A DNA stretch of 61,532 nucleotides, filler included, from Rhabdomonas costata (Eukaryota): the NCBI GenBank assembly GCA_019059605.1. It is 12 parts of 12 records of this genome, joined end to end, with 100 filler letters (N's around TTAATTAATTAA, not from the genome) between each part and the next. Parts side by side here need not be neighbours in the genome. Positions count along the whole stretch, not along the records: positions 41,218 to 46,209 come from JAHMHO010000114.1; positions 46,310 to 51,368 come from JAHMHO010000115.1; positions 51,469 to 56,443 come from JAHMHO010000116.1; positions 56,544 to 61,532 come from JAHMHO010000117.1; 8 more parts are not named here. One strand, 5' to 3'. A model generated the notes under the pieces. It saw only the letters and a list, made by a program, of their open reading frames with translations, was not told the DNA's origin and ran no database searches. Each line of letters opens with the position of its first letter. The first letter of the stretch is position 1. Of this stretch, positions 43,330-57,316 are shown piece by piece. The translations under genes and the position numbers were made by a program.

Positions 43330-45320
43330 GCCAAGTGCTCCTACAAAGTCTTGTTGTAGAACAAGATCTCTTCAATGTAGGCTCCTGCATACTTCATCAT
43401 CTTTTGGAAGATGTAGTTCATGTTGTTATGTAAGGTAGCTGGGGCATTGCAGATTCCAAACGGAATGACATGGTAGACGAAGGTGCCATACGTTGTTTTG
43501 AAGACTGTGCGCTCCACGTGGTCTGGTTGTGCACGGATCTGGTGGAAGCCAGTGTGCAGGTCAAGCTTGTAGAAGAAACAGATGTATACAACTTGATCAA
43601 GCATCTCGTCTATGCGTGGAAGTGGGTACTTGTACACCAGGGTCAGCTTGTTGATGGGTCTGTAGTCCACCACCACCCGCAGCTTCCAGCTGGCGTTCGG
43701 GAAGAACCGATCACGGAGTTGAACACGGCTTCATTGATGTACTGATGGTCCAGCAAGTCCTTCAGCTGACGCTGTAACTAGTCATTTTCTCTGGTGTCCA
43801 ATCTGTACATGCGTGGATCTGGGATGCTAAAATGTTCTGGAAATTCAATGCGATGATTGGTAGGACTAGCTGGTGGTAACCATGGTTGAAGCTTATCTGG
43901 AAAGAGATATTTGTACTCCTCGTTGATCTTGTCTGAACTGGAGGGCCACTAGTTGATCAGCTCCTGAACTTCCTTGCGCTCAGACAGCTTCTTCATCTTC
44001 CGCATATTCCTTTAGTGGTTGGCGGCGAGCAGCGCACGCATATCCCGATCTACACCATGTCTGGACTCACAGTCTGGGAGGGATTACTGCAGGTGGTTTG
44101 GGTGCTGGCTGAGGAGGCATAGGCGGAGCAGACTCCTTGCGTTTCCTAAAGGTGAGCTGATACCTTGACTGTGGCAGCACATTTATTGAAAGAGCAACCT
44201 GTGATATATAAGGAGAAGCATTTTTAGATTCCGGAGCGGCAGAAAATGGAAGGTGCCGCCACGAAACTGCCGTTTGACGTCGGCTTCGTGGTAGATCACT
44301 TCTGTGGTTGGCTGCTCTGAAACACCAGGAGCGTTTCCGAAACCGAACAAACTCCAAAGGATCAAAACCCACATTCACCTCGCACACTTCACGGCAGTTG
44401 TGGAACAACGTGCACTGGGTGTCGCAATGTTTTCCAAAGGCAATTGCGCCACACAATCACCGTTCGTGACGTGTAGTCTCTAAATCTGTTGTTGATCAGC
44501 AAGATATTTACATTCCCTTGTAAGTCGGTATCAATTACTCCAGCTCCAACCGAGATGTGGTGCTTACAGACCAAACCACTGCGCTGAGCAGTGCGTCTAT
44601 ACATGCCGGTAGGTGTTGCAAAGGAAACGTCTGTGGGAATGAGCGCATTGTCTCCAGATGCAATAACCACATATTCTCCATGGGCAATGTAAAAACTGGT
44701 GCAATATGGGTGCGTCGGCACGGCAAAACAGCCTTGCTTCTGAGACATTTCACCAGCAGAGTTTCCTCCTATCCCAACCAAAACCTTCTTCTGTGCAGAG
44801 GGATGGGTTCCGAGAACGAGATGGGTTTGCTCTGGCTCACAACTCGTTCCCGAGCGGCATGATTGGGTGTGGGCGTGGGCTTCATAGAACGGAGGCTCCT
44901 CCAGCAGACACCACACAGAGAGACAGAGTTCGCAGGACACTAACCAGTATGCAACAGATGTTGCGGACTCCTCTCCGCACGTGAATCCGCGGGGGCTGCT
45001 CCGCAAGGCCCCTGCCAACGCCGCATTGGCTTCACACCGGAAGCTAACTGGAACCAGGAGTCAAGAAGTGCTACTAGTATTAGCGTGGCCTCCACTTCAG
45101 GGTACGTGAATCAAATCCGCGACCTTGCATCCACTAGACCGGCCACAAGGCCACTCAGACAAAAGACCGGCCATGTCTGATTCATGGTTGCCAGCGGTGT
45201 CAGTGAAAGCGTTAAGGGTTCCATCATGACACCTTCTCCACTGATATGGTGATCTAGTTTGGAGGTTATGGCGTCTGGGTGATTGGGGTCCCGCTGATGC
45301 TTCTGATGCAAGCATTCAAA
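43330..45320 (-). mobile_element. Degenerate Ty3/Gypsy LTR retrotransposon, order protease-dUTPase-RT
   Basis: ALLDS (aspartic protease-like, ~45060); dUTPase at ~44400-44760; LPP...HRIEF (~43860); RT VVDYRPINK..YPLPRIDEMLD..KLDLHTGFHQIR..FKTTYG...PFGICNAPAT (43341-43676), with YIDD decayed to YIEE. Confidence 0.9.
44400..44760 (-). pseudogene. dut: Trimeric dUTPase domain inside the retrotransposon
   Basis: ALIPTD...PTGMYRRTAQRSGLVCKHHISVGAGVIDTDLQGNVNILLINN contains dUTPase motifs II (RSG) and III (GVID.DY.G-like). Confidence 0.85.
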
Positions 45321-46020
45321 TGTCTGATGGCATCAACGGCTACCCATAAAGAGTTTTTCAGTAAGTGTGTTATACTGCGGCCGTGTGGTGCTTCTGCGTA
45401 TGTTTCCTGCCACGCGCGCGGAAGAAACGTCTACCCGGAAATTAATTTATGGTTAAAATTGACCTAGTTGCAACTACTTTAAGTTTTGGCGGAAGTATAG
45501 ATCACGCTGTAGTAGATGTGGTTTGCCTTGCCATTAGCGGTGTGGACTCGAAGGAGGCCTCGTTTGCAAAAGGTATTATTGTGAATTAATTTGTATTAAT
45601 TTGTAAGATTAAGATTACTTCCAACACTTTTTGTACGACAATATGCCTTTCAATTGTACCTAATGTTAATGTTGTTGCACCCGCGTTTTCACATATATTT
45701 TTGACGTGACATTTTTGTCCAAAAATAGGCGCATTATGTACTGCCAATATCTTCTTAGTGTTTTGAGCTTTTAGTTCAAGTAATGAGATACAAGAAGAAC
45801 CATACTATTTAAGACAGAATTTGGGCAAACATTTGATCCGAAAGTGTAAATAAGGATTTGCAAATTGGATACTGTGTGTACCAAATGAACTTTGAAGACA
45901 TTTTAGCATTCGGCCTTACTGTATTTATGGTAGGACAGGAGTCAAGAATTGCTATTAGTATTAGCGTGGCCGCCGCGTCCAGCTAAGAAAATCGAAACGG
46001 CTTCCTTGCATCCACTAGAC
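45055..46020. repeat. Diverged ~85-bp direct repeat (45055-45139 and 45936-46020) of the protease region
   Basis: caggagtcaagaa.tgcta.tagtattagcgtggcc...ccttgcatccactagac is present twice. Confidence 0.85.
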
Positions 46021-46332
46021 AGTCCATGTGTGAGAGCACGTTTGGCATAGAAAAATGACTCATTGTGAGAAGATTATAAAAATTACCAAACCTGCCAGTA
46101 TAAATTTGCAGCAATATACTTCAATATTGGCCAAAACAAACGACGGTAAAGCAGAAATTGTCGCACATGTAGCAGTGCAACCATGCGGTTTCGTTTGGAC
46201 CAAAACAACNNNNNNNNNNNNNNNNNNNNNNNNNNNNNNNNNNNNNNNNNNNNTTAATTAATTAANNNNNNNNNNNNNNNNNNNNNNNNNNNNNNNNNNN
46301 NNNNNNNNNGTGGTGGGTGTGTTTGGGGGGTG

Positions 46333-49300
46333 GGGGGCAGAAGCGCCGTGTCACTTCGGCCGAGATGCTTGTGTGCTGGCTGCCCATCATTTTCTGTGAC
46401 GAGATCACCAACGGGTTGGACAGGTGTGCTTGTTCCCATGGTTGATTTTGTCATTGTGGGTTTAGGAGCGGATACTGATTGATTGGGCCACAGTCCATGC
46501 ACGGAACATAGGTCCTGGGTTCTGCGCACCGCATTAACCGTTCTCACAGAAGGACCACCCACACCACATCAGTCGCTTCACTGGTTTCAATGAGTTTCTC
46601 TGCTGCTCATCCACACCACATTCTTGCTCCTGTCATTTTCTCACATCTCTATTTCGACTTTGTATCCCTGCGGTGCAGCAAAGCAGCGTACGATATCTGC
46701 AAGACCCTCATCACGTGCGCCCGGGCTCTCAACGAGACTGTGGTGGCCGCCCTGCTCCAGCCCCCACCGGAGGTGTTCGAGCTCTTCGAGGACTTGATCC
46801 TCTTTGATCAGGTTGGACAATCCGGCGCCTGGATATCTTTGTATTGCGGTGGATCGCGTTCTGTCTATGCAGTGCGTGTTTGTGTGCCTCATTATTTCAA
46901 GCCCTTTTTTTTTGGCCCTTTCCCCCTCCGGAGTGGCAGCGCAGATAGAAGAGGAGAGAGTATTACCAACACTGGGGACCAGCCTCCAAAGGGATGTCAC
47001 AGAGGTGTCGATCCAGTTCCTCGTGGCACCCCATGACATGGGGATGATCTCCGTGCCTATCAACGAGCATAAGCGCTACAACATCCAGCAGACTCCCGGC
47101 ACATACCCAACACCAGCCGCAGAAGGCAAGTGATCATCATAGGAGATTATTTCTTCATTCAGCGCACTTTGTGCTTGTTATACGTTTCACTGTGATACTG
47201 TGGCACATCACAGGGGCACATCATCTACCAAGGCCCATCCAAAGAGGCGGCGGACTACTTTGTCAAGCTGGGGTATAAGGTCCCCGACGCCATGGACGAC
47301 GCGGACTTCCTGCAACAGGTAGGCTGCTCAGTGTTTTTTATGGGAGAGGGGGTGCCGCCGATCTGTGGATCTGTGTTTTGTTTGGGCTGATATTGTGTGG
47401 GAGGTTGTGCTCACACTATGATGGTACCCTTCCTCATTCCATCATACACACACGGTCTCCTGTCCCCTTTTCTGATGGTATGCTTGATTGCCATTATTAA
47501 TGGAGGCATGCTCGCTTCGACCTCCCCCCACCCCACCCACTGAAACAGTCAGTTTTTACGAGTTTTAGCCTCATGCCTTGCTTACCAGCAAAAAAATAGT
47601 TTCAGTTTTCAGTACTATACCCAGCACTTCTGAATCACGCCACCTTTCCTCGTTTAAAAATTGATGGATAGAATCGTGCAATTGGGGTTATATGGGCTCC
47701 TGAGACCCAAACGCAAGCAAAGGTTTCTCGGCCTCACAGGTGATGACGGACCTGGGAAAGTCGTACTTGTCCGACAAGGCCGACTCCAAGACTCCCCGCA
47801 CGGCGGAGCAGTTTGCTGAGGCGTACAGGGCCAGCTCGTACTTCAAGGCTCAGCGCGAGTTTGATGTCAAGAAGCTGCCCCCTCAGGTGCGGTGACACCA
47901 AAAGGACCGTCTGTGGCGGCGACATGTCAGCTGGGTTATTTTATTTCCATTCTGTTCTGGCTTGAAAGACCATTGACAAACACATCCACTTTTCCTGGTG
48001 CTTTTCCTGATGACAAGACTCAGTGGATTGATCATTAAGCACTGATGATCACTATGCAAAAATGACAATTCTTGGGGTGCCAGGCTCAACTGAACCCTTT
48101 TTACCCAAGAACGCGTTTAGGCTTCGATGGCATAGTTTACCTTTGCCAATTTTTAGTCATCAACTTTCTTTTTCTTTAGGAACTATTATCTGTTTCGTCG
48201 AATAAGTGCATTGCTGAGGTTTTCATGTTGCCTCTCTGCGCTTACTTCTCAGACTGAGGCCGACAAGACGGACTTCTTTTTGCAGCGCTTCTACCACAAC
48301 TACCCCTTTCCATGGCGTATGCCTTGTCTGCAGCACAGACCTCAGACCAAAACTGGGAATGTGTGGGATGAGAAATGACTATCTCCCCTCCTGGCACCTG
48401 CTGACGAAAACAAGAGGGAGAGGCAGTGAAGAAGGGTCTGACTTTGAAAGGCTGTCCACACTGTGTTTCATTAGCAGTTCTGTCTCGAGGTTCTGCCTGT
48501 AAACGGATGCTATTCAGATTACACTCTGAAGATCGTCTTTGAGAGGCAGATGAGGCTGGTGGTGACGAACAAGCTGCTGGTCATTGTTCGGCTGGCGCAA
48601 ACCCTGCTGATGTCCTCGGTGACGGGCACCCTATTCCTGCAGCTGGATCCCGACGACTACACGGTTTGCCCAACAAACGCTCACTGAGCAGCACCTCTGG
48701 GGGATGAGGGGCATGCAGACAGCACCATAGTTAGATACATATTGGCGCCGTTGCACGCATCTCCATTTCCGACACACACTTTTCGGCTCGTCGTTTCACT
48801 TTGTCAGGCCATTGCCCAAGAGGAAGAGTCTGCTTTTGAATCCTGTTGCATTTTCTTTTATTTGACACTTTGGCGCATACGGAGGCAGACGGGTGAGCGC
48901 TGATCGGGCGTAATCATATTCTTTTGCTGCTTGATGGGATGGATAGATAATGGTTCTCACTTTGTTTATGCTCAATGAGTTGATTCTCTTTTTTTTTTTC
49001 AGCTTCGCTACGGTGTGATGTTCAACGCGCTGATGTTTTTGTCCATGGGAGGGATGGTCCTTGTCCCGGGGATCATTGACGGCAGGAAGGTGCTGTACAA
49101 GCAGCTAGATGCGAAGTTCTTTCCGGTTTGGAACTACACCATTGCGAACGCCATCGCTGTGGTATGCTGTGTGACTCCTGCCCGTGTCGCGCAGCTCTTC
49201 AGTCATTCGGTCCTCACTATAAATTCGGACCCTGCACCGCAGTAATTGAACCTTTCTCTTGAATGATCTCGACCATTTCGGTTTTGACCGCCCTCTGGCG

Positions 49301-51083
49301 TTCTTCTCCTTGTCTCTGTGAATATGAGTAAGGGTCTCCATTTTGTGTGGATCCAACGGTGAAAGGGGCGAAGTTGGGATTTTAGCAGGACAGAAATTGC
49401 ATCTAGTAATTTTAGCAGTCTTTGACCAGCTTCGGAACTACCGAGCTCTTTATATATATTTTTTACAATAGCTGATTTGAAACTTTCCTCCATAAACCAC
49501 ACATTATGATCACCGAGTTGGCAGATTAGAGTCGGGGACTTGAAATTGATGCAAGGAAATTCTCTGGTCATCTCTCCTTCTTTGCTTCCCTTCCTCCCTG
49601 TTTCATGAACCTACAGATTCCTCAGTTCGCGCTGGAAACAGTCGTGTACTCCGCCATTGTGTACTGGCTTGCTGGTATGCATTCTTCGCGGTGACCTTCT
49701 CCTTTCTCGGAATGACTGCTGTGCAAAATTGTTTGCAACACTGTAATCGCATGGTTTCACCTTATTCGCTTCCCAGTTAACATGCTTAAAGTGTATGTGT
49801 GGGTGGGAGAACTGATTTGGCACGAATTGAGCTCATTAATTGCACCTGCAAATAAGAAGATGTAGAAGACGTATGAGAGGCTTTGTAGTGTGGTGTTTTT
49901 TCTTTCTTTCTTTTTATTTTGTTTTTCGGGGGTGTCCCCCAGGCCTTGCCCCGTACGCCGGGAACTACTTCTTCTTTGTGCTGCTGCTCTTTATCTGCGA
50001 GCTGTGCTTATCGGGGCTTTTCCAGGCCGTCGCCATCGTCTCCCCAAATCTGTCGTCGGCCATGGTAACTCAACCTTTGGTGGATGGGGTGAGTGTTTCA
50101 CGGCCGCTGGACGTCTGGCACTTGTCAGATTGTCATATACCGCTTGTCAGACCGCTTGTCGCCTTTCGATCGTTAGACGCCGAGTGGAGCCCAAAGTTAG
50201 ATGTGTCCCACTCGCTTGAAAAAGCCAAAATGTGTGTGTGTGTGTGTTAAATGTGTGTGTTAAATGTTTAGCGTCCCCCTCCTCCCCTTGCTTTCCAAAT
50301 TGCGATTATCGGATGCACCTTCCATTTTGGGACGCAACGAGCTGGGAACTGGGGATTGGGAGAGACGGCTTCTCGTTTTGTCTGCCTCATTTAGATATGC
50401 TCATAAGTTCACGACCTGCCCGCCCCACAGTTTGTGTTGCATACTGCCCCGCAGGGAATCTGCTCCTTCGTGGCGCTGGTGCTGGTGGTGTTCTGCGGGT
50501 ACGTTATCCCGCGGAACAGCATCTACACCTGGTTTATCTGGATCTACTGGATCTCCCCTGTGTCCTACGCCTTCTCCGGGCTGGTCGCCAACGAGTTCCT
50601 TTCCCCGCTGCACAGCACCCTGCAGCACCCTGAGGACCCCAACTCGCCGACTTATGGCCAGATCTACATGTGGGCCAACGACTACCTCACCTGGCCCTCC
50701 TACGAGTGGTTGTGTTTCCTCTACATCAGGTGTGATGCGGCGGGTGCGCATGAGCAATGGGTCGTTTTAGTGTGCCCACAGCTGCCCTAAAATAAAATCC
50801 ACTGAGTCGGGGCGGTTGCGCTGAGCGTCGTCGAGCGCTCTGCTGCGAATGGACGTAAGCAAATTTGCCTGCATCACGCTTGATGCAACGTGATTTCATT
50901 CACGACATGAACTGTTTGTGTGTGTATGTGTGCGCGGGCGGTGCGTTTGTGCTTGATTGCCTTTGTTCAGCTGTTTCTACGTTCTGACGGTGTTCTTCTT
51001 CTACCTGGGGCTGCGGTTCGTGCGGTTCCAGGAGACGTTCCATGACGACCTTGAGTCCACCGCCCCGACTGGAAGGGCGAAAG
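46333..51083 (+). CDS. PDR-type ABCG transporter (NBD1 C-terminal half plus TMD1), partial
   Basis: About 12 exons give GGQKRRVTSAEML, CDEITNGLDS, ALLQPPPEVFELFEDLIL, ADFLQQV, RKVLYKQ...FFP, FCGYVIPR and WFIWIYWISPVSYAFSGLVANEF. Confidence 0.96.
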
Positions 51084-51868
51084 GCACATTGCTCCCCATA
51101 TTCCCCCAACACTTGCCACCGTCTGTGCCCCTTCGTGTGACCCAGCGCGATTCTCATCCTCGGGATGTCCTCTTCCCGACATGTTCGAAGCATTGCCACA
51201 ACACCCACAACTTGCAACCGCGTGTTTTTTCTTATGTGTCAGGCAGTTATATGAGGCAGACTCGGTATGCGCCCCCCTCCCCCTCCCTAAAACCGCTCCC
51301 TGGAACAATGGGGTAAGCTGATGCAGATTTTACAATAGATCAACCCATTCTCCCCTCACCCCAAAAAANNNNNNNNNNNNNNNNNNNNNNNNNNNNNNNN
51401 NNNNNNNNNNNNTTAATTAATTAANNNNNNNNNNNNNNNNNNNNNNNNNNNNNNNNNNNNNNNNNNNNTTTTTTCCTGTATCGTCTCTCCTGTTCATGGT
51501 CACTTTTGTGCGAGGTTGTTGTTTTGCTCTCTTGGCGGCAGCATCACTGAAGTCCTCAGCGCCGTATTCATATGGGCTGGGTCATCGTGCCGACTGCACA
51601 TCGACTGTTTGCCCGCTTGCTGCCATCTTGCTGCCATCTTGCTGCCTCTTTTCTGTCATTACGTATTCCACGGCAACATCTCTTTCGGGTGGTTCTCGGT
51701 TGGTTTTACCTCCTGCCGTCTTTGTGATAAAAAAAGTGGAACTGATGTTTGCTCGCACATCGGTTCTCTCTCAGTTGTGCCCGACTTTCCAGCTCGTGTG
51801 CAAGATGGTTTGCCATTTTCCCTTTGCATGGATTGCTTCTTCACTGCGCTCCGTTTCGTCACTGGCAG

Positions 51869-54800
51869 GCAAAAAATTCGGGCGCTCTTTGAAGATCAGC
51901 TGCTGTTTCTTCGGAACATCTCCAAGGAGGACCTGCTGACCTTCTACGATCTCGTGGTTAAGGTGACACATCAGTTCATTACAAAGCAGGTCGTGCGTGT
52001 TTCTCCTTCAGGCTCCCCTCAATTCATCTTCGAAACTTCACTGTGTTTGCCGGCGGGAACCAGTGGTCCTGCACTCGTCTAACGAGGGAAGTGAAGAGGT
52101 GATGGCTGGGTTCGTTTTGACGTTTTTTTAGATTTATTGGAAGATATGTGGCGGTGGTAATGTTCCATTTTGTTTCCGTTTGTTTATCCGTTCGCGTATT
52201 TGTGCTTATTACTTACATAGCTGTATGACGTCGCTCTGCGCTCGTGCTGTGCCACGCTGCTGGCCAGCTTCACTGAAGTGGAGCAGCAGCACCAGCTGCG
52301 TGCCAGCAGAGCGCTGGGCTCGCCCCGAGGCAACCCCCCGACCAGCCCAACCTCCTCCCCCTCTGCCACGAGCGCCCGGAACGAGGCGCCCGGTCTGGAT
52401 CCCCGAAGGCCACAATTCATTGCTGCCAAGGTGCGCTGCAGCCCCTACCCTTGTATGAGTTCACAGTCTTTCAGTCTTTAATGCCGGGTTATTGGTTTTC
52501 TCGATAGAAATATCCTGTCTGCGCGTTCACGCAAACGCAAGCAAAGTGAGACTTTCTGGGATGCTACAGGCTCGTACAGAAAAATTACATTAAAACAATT
52601 AAAAAAAGACCGGGGAGCTCTTAGTGAATGTGTAGAAAATGTGAAAACCACCGAAAGGTATCTGATCAGCTGCAATTTCTTTTTCTGTTTCGATTGTCCC
52701 AGGCCCGCACAGTGCTTCTGGCCAGTGTGTGCGAGTTCCAGATGGCGCGAGGAATTGATCCTCTGTTCACTAACCAGCGGACCGTCCTGATTTGTCTGCG
52801 AGCCATGCAGAAAATGCAGGTTGTCTGGGGGGATGATTTTCTTCCAGTGGGTGGGTATCGTCTATATCCTGTGATTCTAATTGGCAAAATGGGAATGCTG
52901 GGAAGCGAAATGGAAGAAAAAAGCAACCTCTGCAGCATGTCCACCACGGGCATTAAGGGATCGAAATGATGAATGAAGAAGCAGAGAAAAGAAGGTATGT
53001 CTCTTGAATCTCGCACGGATCGAGTCGAGTATTTTCCTGTGCTTGTGGCTCGCCCGGCTCGCGCTGAATCTCTTTTTCATCCCATTCAGTCATAGGGACA
53101 AAAAGGAAGTTTCCCGCAGCTTGAAGGCCCGTAATGCGGCTTCCCGGAGCCCTCTCTTGGCTATTTAGGAGGCACTCAACCCGGTGTTCGCTCACGACGA
53201 GGAGTTGTACTACGTGCTCTACACGGGGACAGTGTTCCTCTACGACTGCTGCAGGCCCCTTATGAGGGCAGGCTACTACACCGAGGTAGATGTACGGGTT
53301 GTGGAACGCTGTGCAAATGCTGGTAACTTAGGGACACAACCTAGAGGTGGCATAATCCAGCAGACTCACCGAACTCGGTGAGTTTTGTGTGCCTTGCTTC
53401 CAGTGGACTTGCGCTTCCTTTTCCGCGCTCAAGTCTGCCTGGTTGAATAGATCTGTGCGGTTATCATTGCTCATATTAGCTCAGAGTCTGCCGTCGTCCT
53501 GACGTTGCTTTGCGTTTCACGGTTTTTGACGTCTTTGAACCGCTTAGAAAGCTCTGGCTGGAGCATAGGACCCACCAACTTCCATCCCTTCTTGATCAGT
53601 GTGGGGTTTTCCTGGGCTGGAGCATTTTGTGCATGGAGAGCTGCCTGACGCTTGTCGACTGCAAGTTTCTGCGCTGGCGGACCCGCCTGTACCAAACCCT
53701 GTGCCTGTGCTACGAGAACACCGGCAAGTGGGCCGACGCTGTGGTTTGTACCGGGGGATAGTTGGGTAGAACTGATACTTCCACGTTCAAGCTCACCCTG
53801 CACCTTTCTCAGTCTGTGCGTGTGTGTATGCGCGTATGAAGTCGGAAGTTGGTCAGTTTGACGGTTACTTGTTGCCCATCTTCGTTCTCCTCAGCTATGG
53901 GCTGTGTGCAATGATTTCCCTGCTTTATAGAAAGCCACTCGAAGACTGCTTTCTAAGGCGGAGTTCCTCCACAACACGGAAAACTCTGACGTCGTGCCTC
54001 CTAGTGAGGCCCAGACCGCTGCCATTGAGGTACCCTCCCTTGCCCCATGTCTTATTTAAGAACCCATCCATGAGTGGTTTGTTGGCCCCCAAACGACAAT
54101 TTAATGTCTTGGACATGTCGAATTACCTCATAGTTGCCCCGATGGGTGTTTCGTGCTCAGTCAGTGGTAAAGGTGCCGGTGGCTGTTGGTGCAGGTGGTC
54201 GTCAAGGATGCATGTCGTATCCAAAACACTTCCAGTCTGGAGACAACACGGAAGTGCCTACGCGGATTGAGTCAGGAGTCGAGTTTGCTTCGCGTAGACT
54301 AAGTTTGTGTCTGATGCTGGGTTCCAGAATGCAAAGCATGTGGCCCGAGCCTTGATGTTCAAGTACGAGTTGTTCTCGGATTTTAAGGAGCCCATCGAGC
54401 CGGTATGCAGGATGCAGCTCTCTGCTTCCTGATTTGATATGCTAGCTTCATTATTTTGCTGCGCTCCTGGGTTGTGCCCACCAGTGCGCTGGAATGAATC
54501 AAGTGGGTAAAGTTATATTTGTTGTTCATTGGTGCACTTTGCTTGAGCTGAAAACCTGCTGAGGATGATTTTGTTGAGATCAAATAGTGGAATTGGTTCT
54601 CTCACCGTTTTTTCAAATGGTGGCTGCGGTATGTGTGTGTGTTTGTTGAACTGCATAAGCAACCGCGATGTAGATTGCAAAGAGCAGTTCCTTTTGATTG
54701 CATCCGCAGTGGTTTTTTTCTCTCCTGTTCTGTTTTCGTGCGACCGCAGTTTTCCATCCCTGCTGGTTGTTCTGTTGGTCATTTGGTCAGTCTGCTCGTC

Positions 54801-56193
54801 GCACTGCCGAGTGTGCGACTTTGTTCACTTTATCCCAGGTCCGAGCAAGAATGTTTTGGAGCTTGGTTTCGGAGTGAGCATCTTATTTTTTCATTGTGGT
54901 ATCTGTGGTACTGTTCCTCAGGTGAGTGGGCGGGGTAGAACCCCAGCCAAAGGGGCCGCCGCCGGAAGTGGGGCGGCCACGGACGGCGCGTCTATTGTGG
55001 AGAAGGGTCTGGGGAAGTTCCCGTCACTCCGCGATAAACTCGCCGCCGCGATGGGGGCGGTGACGGTATCTCCGTTTAGCAGCAGCGCAATCACGATGGA
55101 TACCACCCGTTTACCCAATCGTTTCACTGGGCGGTGGAAACGCCGGGATATGAAATGAATCGTTCTTTGTGTTTGTGTTGGTTTCCCTGCATTGTGCAGT
55201 TCGATACCCAGCGGCTGCTGTGCCACGACGTGTCCTCGCGGCTGTCGCCGGAGAACCTGACCAAAGTCGGAGCTCTGTTTACCCTTCTTGAGGAGAAGGC
55301 ATGCCCGATGACGAGGGAATGAGAGTCTGAGCGACATTCCTGGGATTTCGAATGCACGACTTCCTTTATGACAGAAAAGCTGGCCCTTCGACCCCCTTTT
55401 CTGCCGGTTGGGTCGGACACGTTCAGTTCTGACCTCAAGGTTGCCCATGTTCACAGCAGCACACACTGTATGCAAGGCATTTTAATATGCATTTCCACCA
55501 AAATTTCGGCGAGCGGTTGGGTTGCATTATTGCCTATGCGATTTCCATTGCAGTGCACGTTACCTTTGCTCGCAGCTGGCCCCCTTGGTGGCCGATTTCC
55601 TTGCAAGTCGTGGGCCAGTCCCGAAGTCTCCTTCCACTGCCCGAAAAGGTTTGAGTCACAGGGGATTTTTTTTTTGGGGGGGGGGCAATTTCTGGTGGAT
55701 TCAACACAAAACAACCCCTCTCTGACGATTACTGTTGTGGTTTTGTCCTGTCGTGAGAAGTGCTACCCATGTGCGCGAGCTTGTGCACACAGCCCTTCCC
55801 GCCCATTTTTCCTCTCCCCTTTTGCTCTCTGTCTAACTTTCATTTTCTCATTCATACTGCTCTCTTATCAGATCGACCCACTCTCCAATGCTGACTGCAG
55901 AGCACCTGATATCACATATATATTTGCGATCGAATTGAATCCAGGAGTATAATTCCAGTTCAGTTGAATTCCAGACGCCAATGCTATGATCGAAAACAAA
56001 CCCTTTCCACCAACCTTGCTGATCCCCGTCATCCCTCCTTTTTTGTTTCCCCGTAGTCCGTATTCCCAATCCACTTGTCCCCCAGATAAGCAGGACAAGA
56101 AGAAGGTTGCCCGGGAGGACAAGAAATCGCCCATGAAGAAGGGTGGCGCCAAGGCCGGGGAGGGTGAGGCCGAGCCTGCCCCCCGCAGCCTGG
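51869..56193 (+). CDS. CFAP54: Cilia- and flagella-associated protein 54, N-terminal region, partial
   Basis: Exons give GIDPLF...VLICLRAMQKMQ, EELYYVLYTGTVFLYDCCRPLMRAGY, FLGWSILCMESCLTLVDCKFLRWRTRLYQTLCLCYE and RRLLSKAEFLHNTENSDVVPP. These match the CFAP54 N-terminal pattern LYWLVYNGT...Y..CR.LM..G...L.W..LCME...L...KYL.WR..LY..C.CY. Confidence 0.85.
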
Positions 56194-57316
56194 GTGTGCC
56201 TCTGACTCAACTCAACTGAAGGATTCGGCGATACTCACCATCAGCCCCTTTGCAATGTGAATCTTGCGTGAAAGATTGGGGCTCGGTTGTCGTTTTGGTA
56301 CCAGCGTTTGAATCAAAGCAAAAGGCTCCCTTGCTCCAAAAAATAGTCTGAATAAGTTCCATTACAGTTTTTAGTCTTATATTTGCCGCTGTATGAGGTG
56401 GCCACCTTTCAAAATTCACCTTGGATTTTACCATTATGGGGGTNNNNNNNNNNNNNNNNNNNNNNNNNNNNNNNNNNNNNNNNNNNNTTAATTAATTAAN
56501 NNNNNNNNNNNNNNNNNNNNNNNNNNNNNNNNNNNNNNNNNNNGGCGGGCGGTTGAACCACCGTTCCGTGCACCCGCGCGCCCCCATTCCTCCCCATGTT
56601 GCGTCGTACCCCAGTGCGGTGCCTCGGTTACTGGGCAGTTGGCACACGGAGCTCGACATTCACATTATGGGAACAAAGCGGCAATACCAACAGGAGCGGG
56701 AGCAAAGAAGCACGAAAGGGCGCTTGGCGGAGGCAAAAAAGGGGGGGGAGGAGGCCGCTGGTCTCGCTCCAAGGCGAGAAAAGGCCAAAGCCCACCACAG
56801 CAACGCACGGGGAGAACACACACAGAAGCCGGAAAACTCTCCGAGACCGGTGCGTGACGGAAAAGTGGTGTTTCGTGAGTGTGTGTGTGTGTTGTTTGCC
56901 TGCCTTGCCTTAGCCGTTCCCACCGCAGGGTCACTTTTGGAACTGGTCCATTTGCGGAAGAAAGTACATCGTATTGGGGGGTTATCTGATCTCCCAGGAT
57001 GCCGGCGAAAAGCTGCTGGAACTCCGCCTGCAATTGGCAGAAGAAGCTTCCACAAAACGTCAGCAATCTCCCCAAAGAATGGGCGGAACTGTCGCGCCAA
57101 ATTTCGGTTCTTGGTTCGGGATTCGCGGGTTTAGTAAAGAAAACAAAGCAATTGCATAGCCCTCTAATCCATAAGCGCGTAGCAACATGTAGAATCCAGA
57201 GCAAGTTACAAAACCAGCACAGCATTTGAAATTTCAGGATCAGAGAGAAATGTCTCACAAAGGTGTCCGAGAGGGAAGCAAAGCATTCCAACCCGGATAC
57301 CGGGAACCCCCCAGAC

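Noticed and set aside
46940-47133. Coding-like stretch inside an ABC transporter intron
   Set aside because: The flanking exons join in frame without it, and any resemblance to a non-LTR retroelement is too weak to call.
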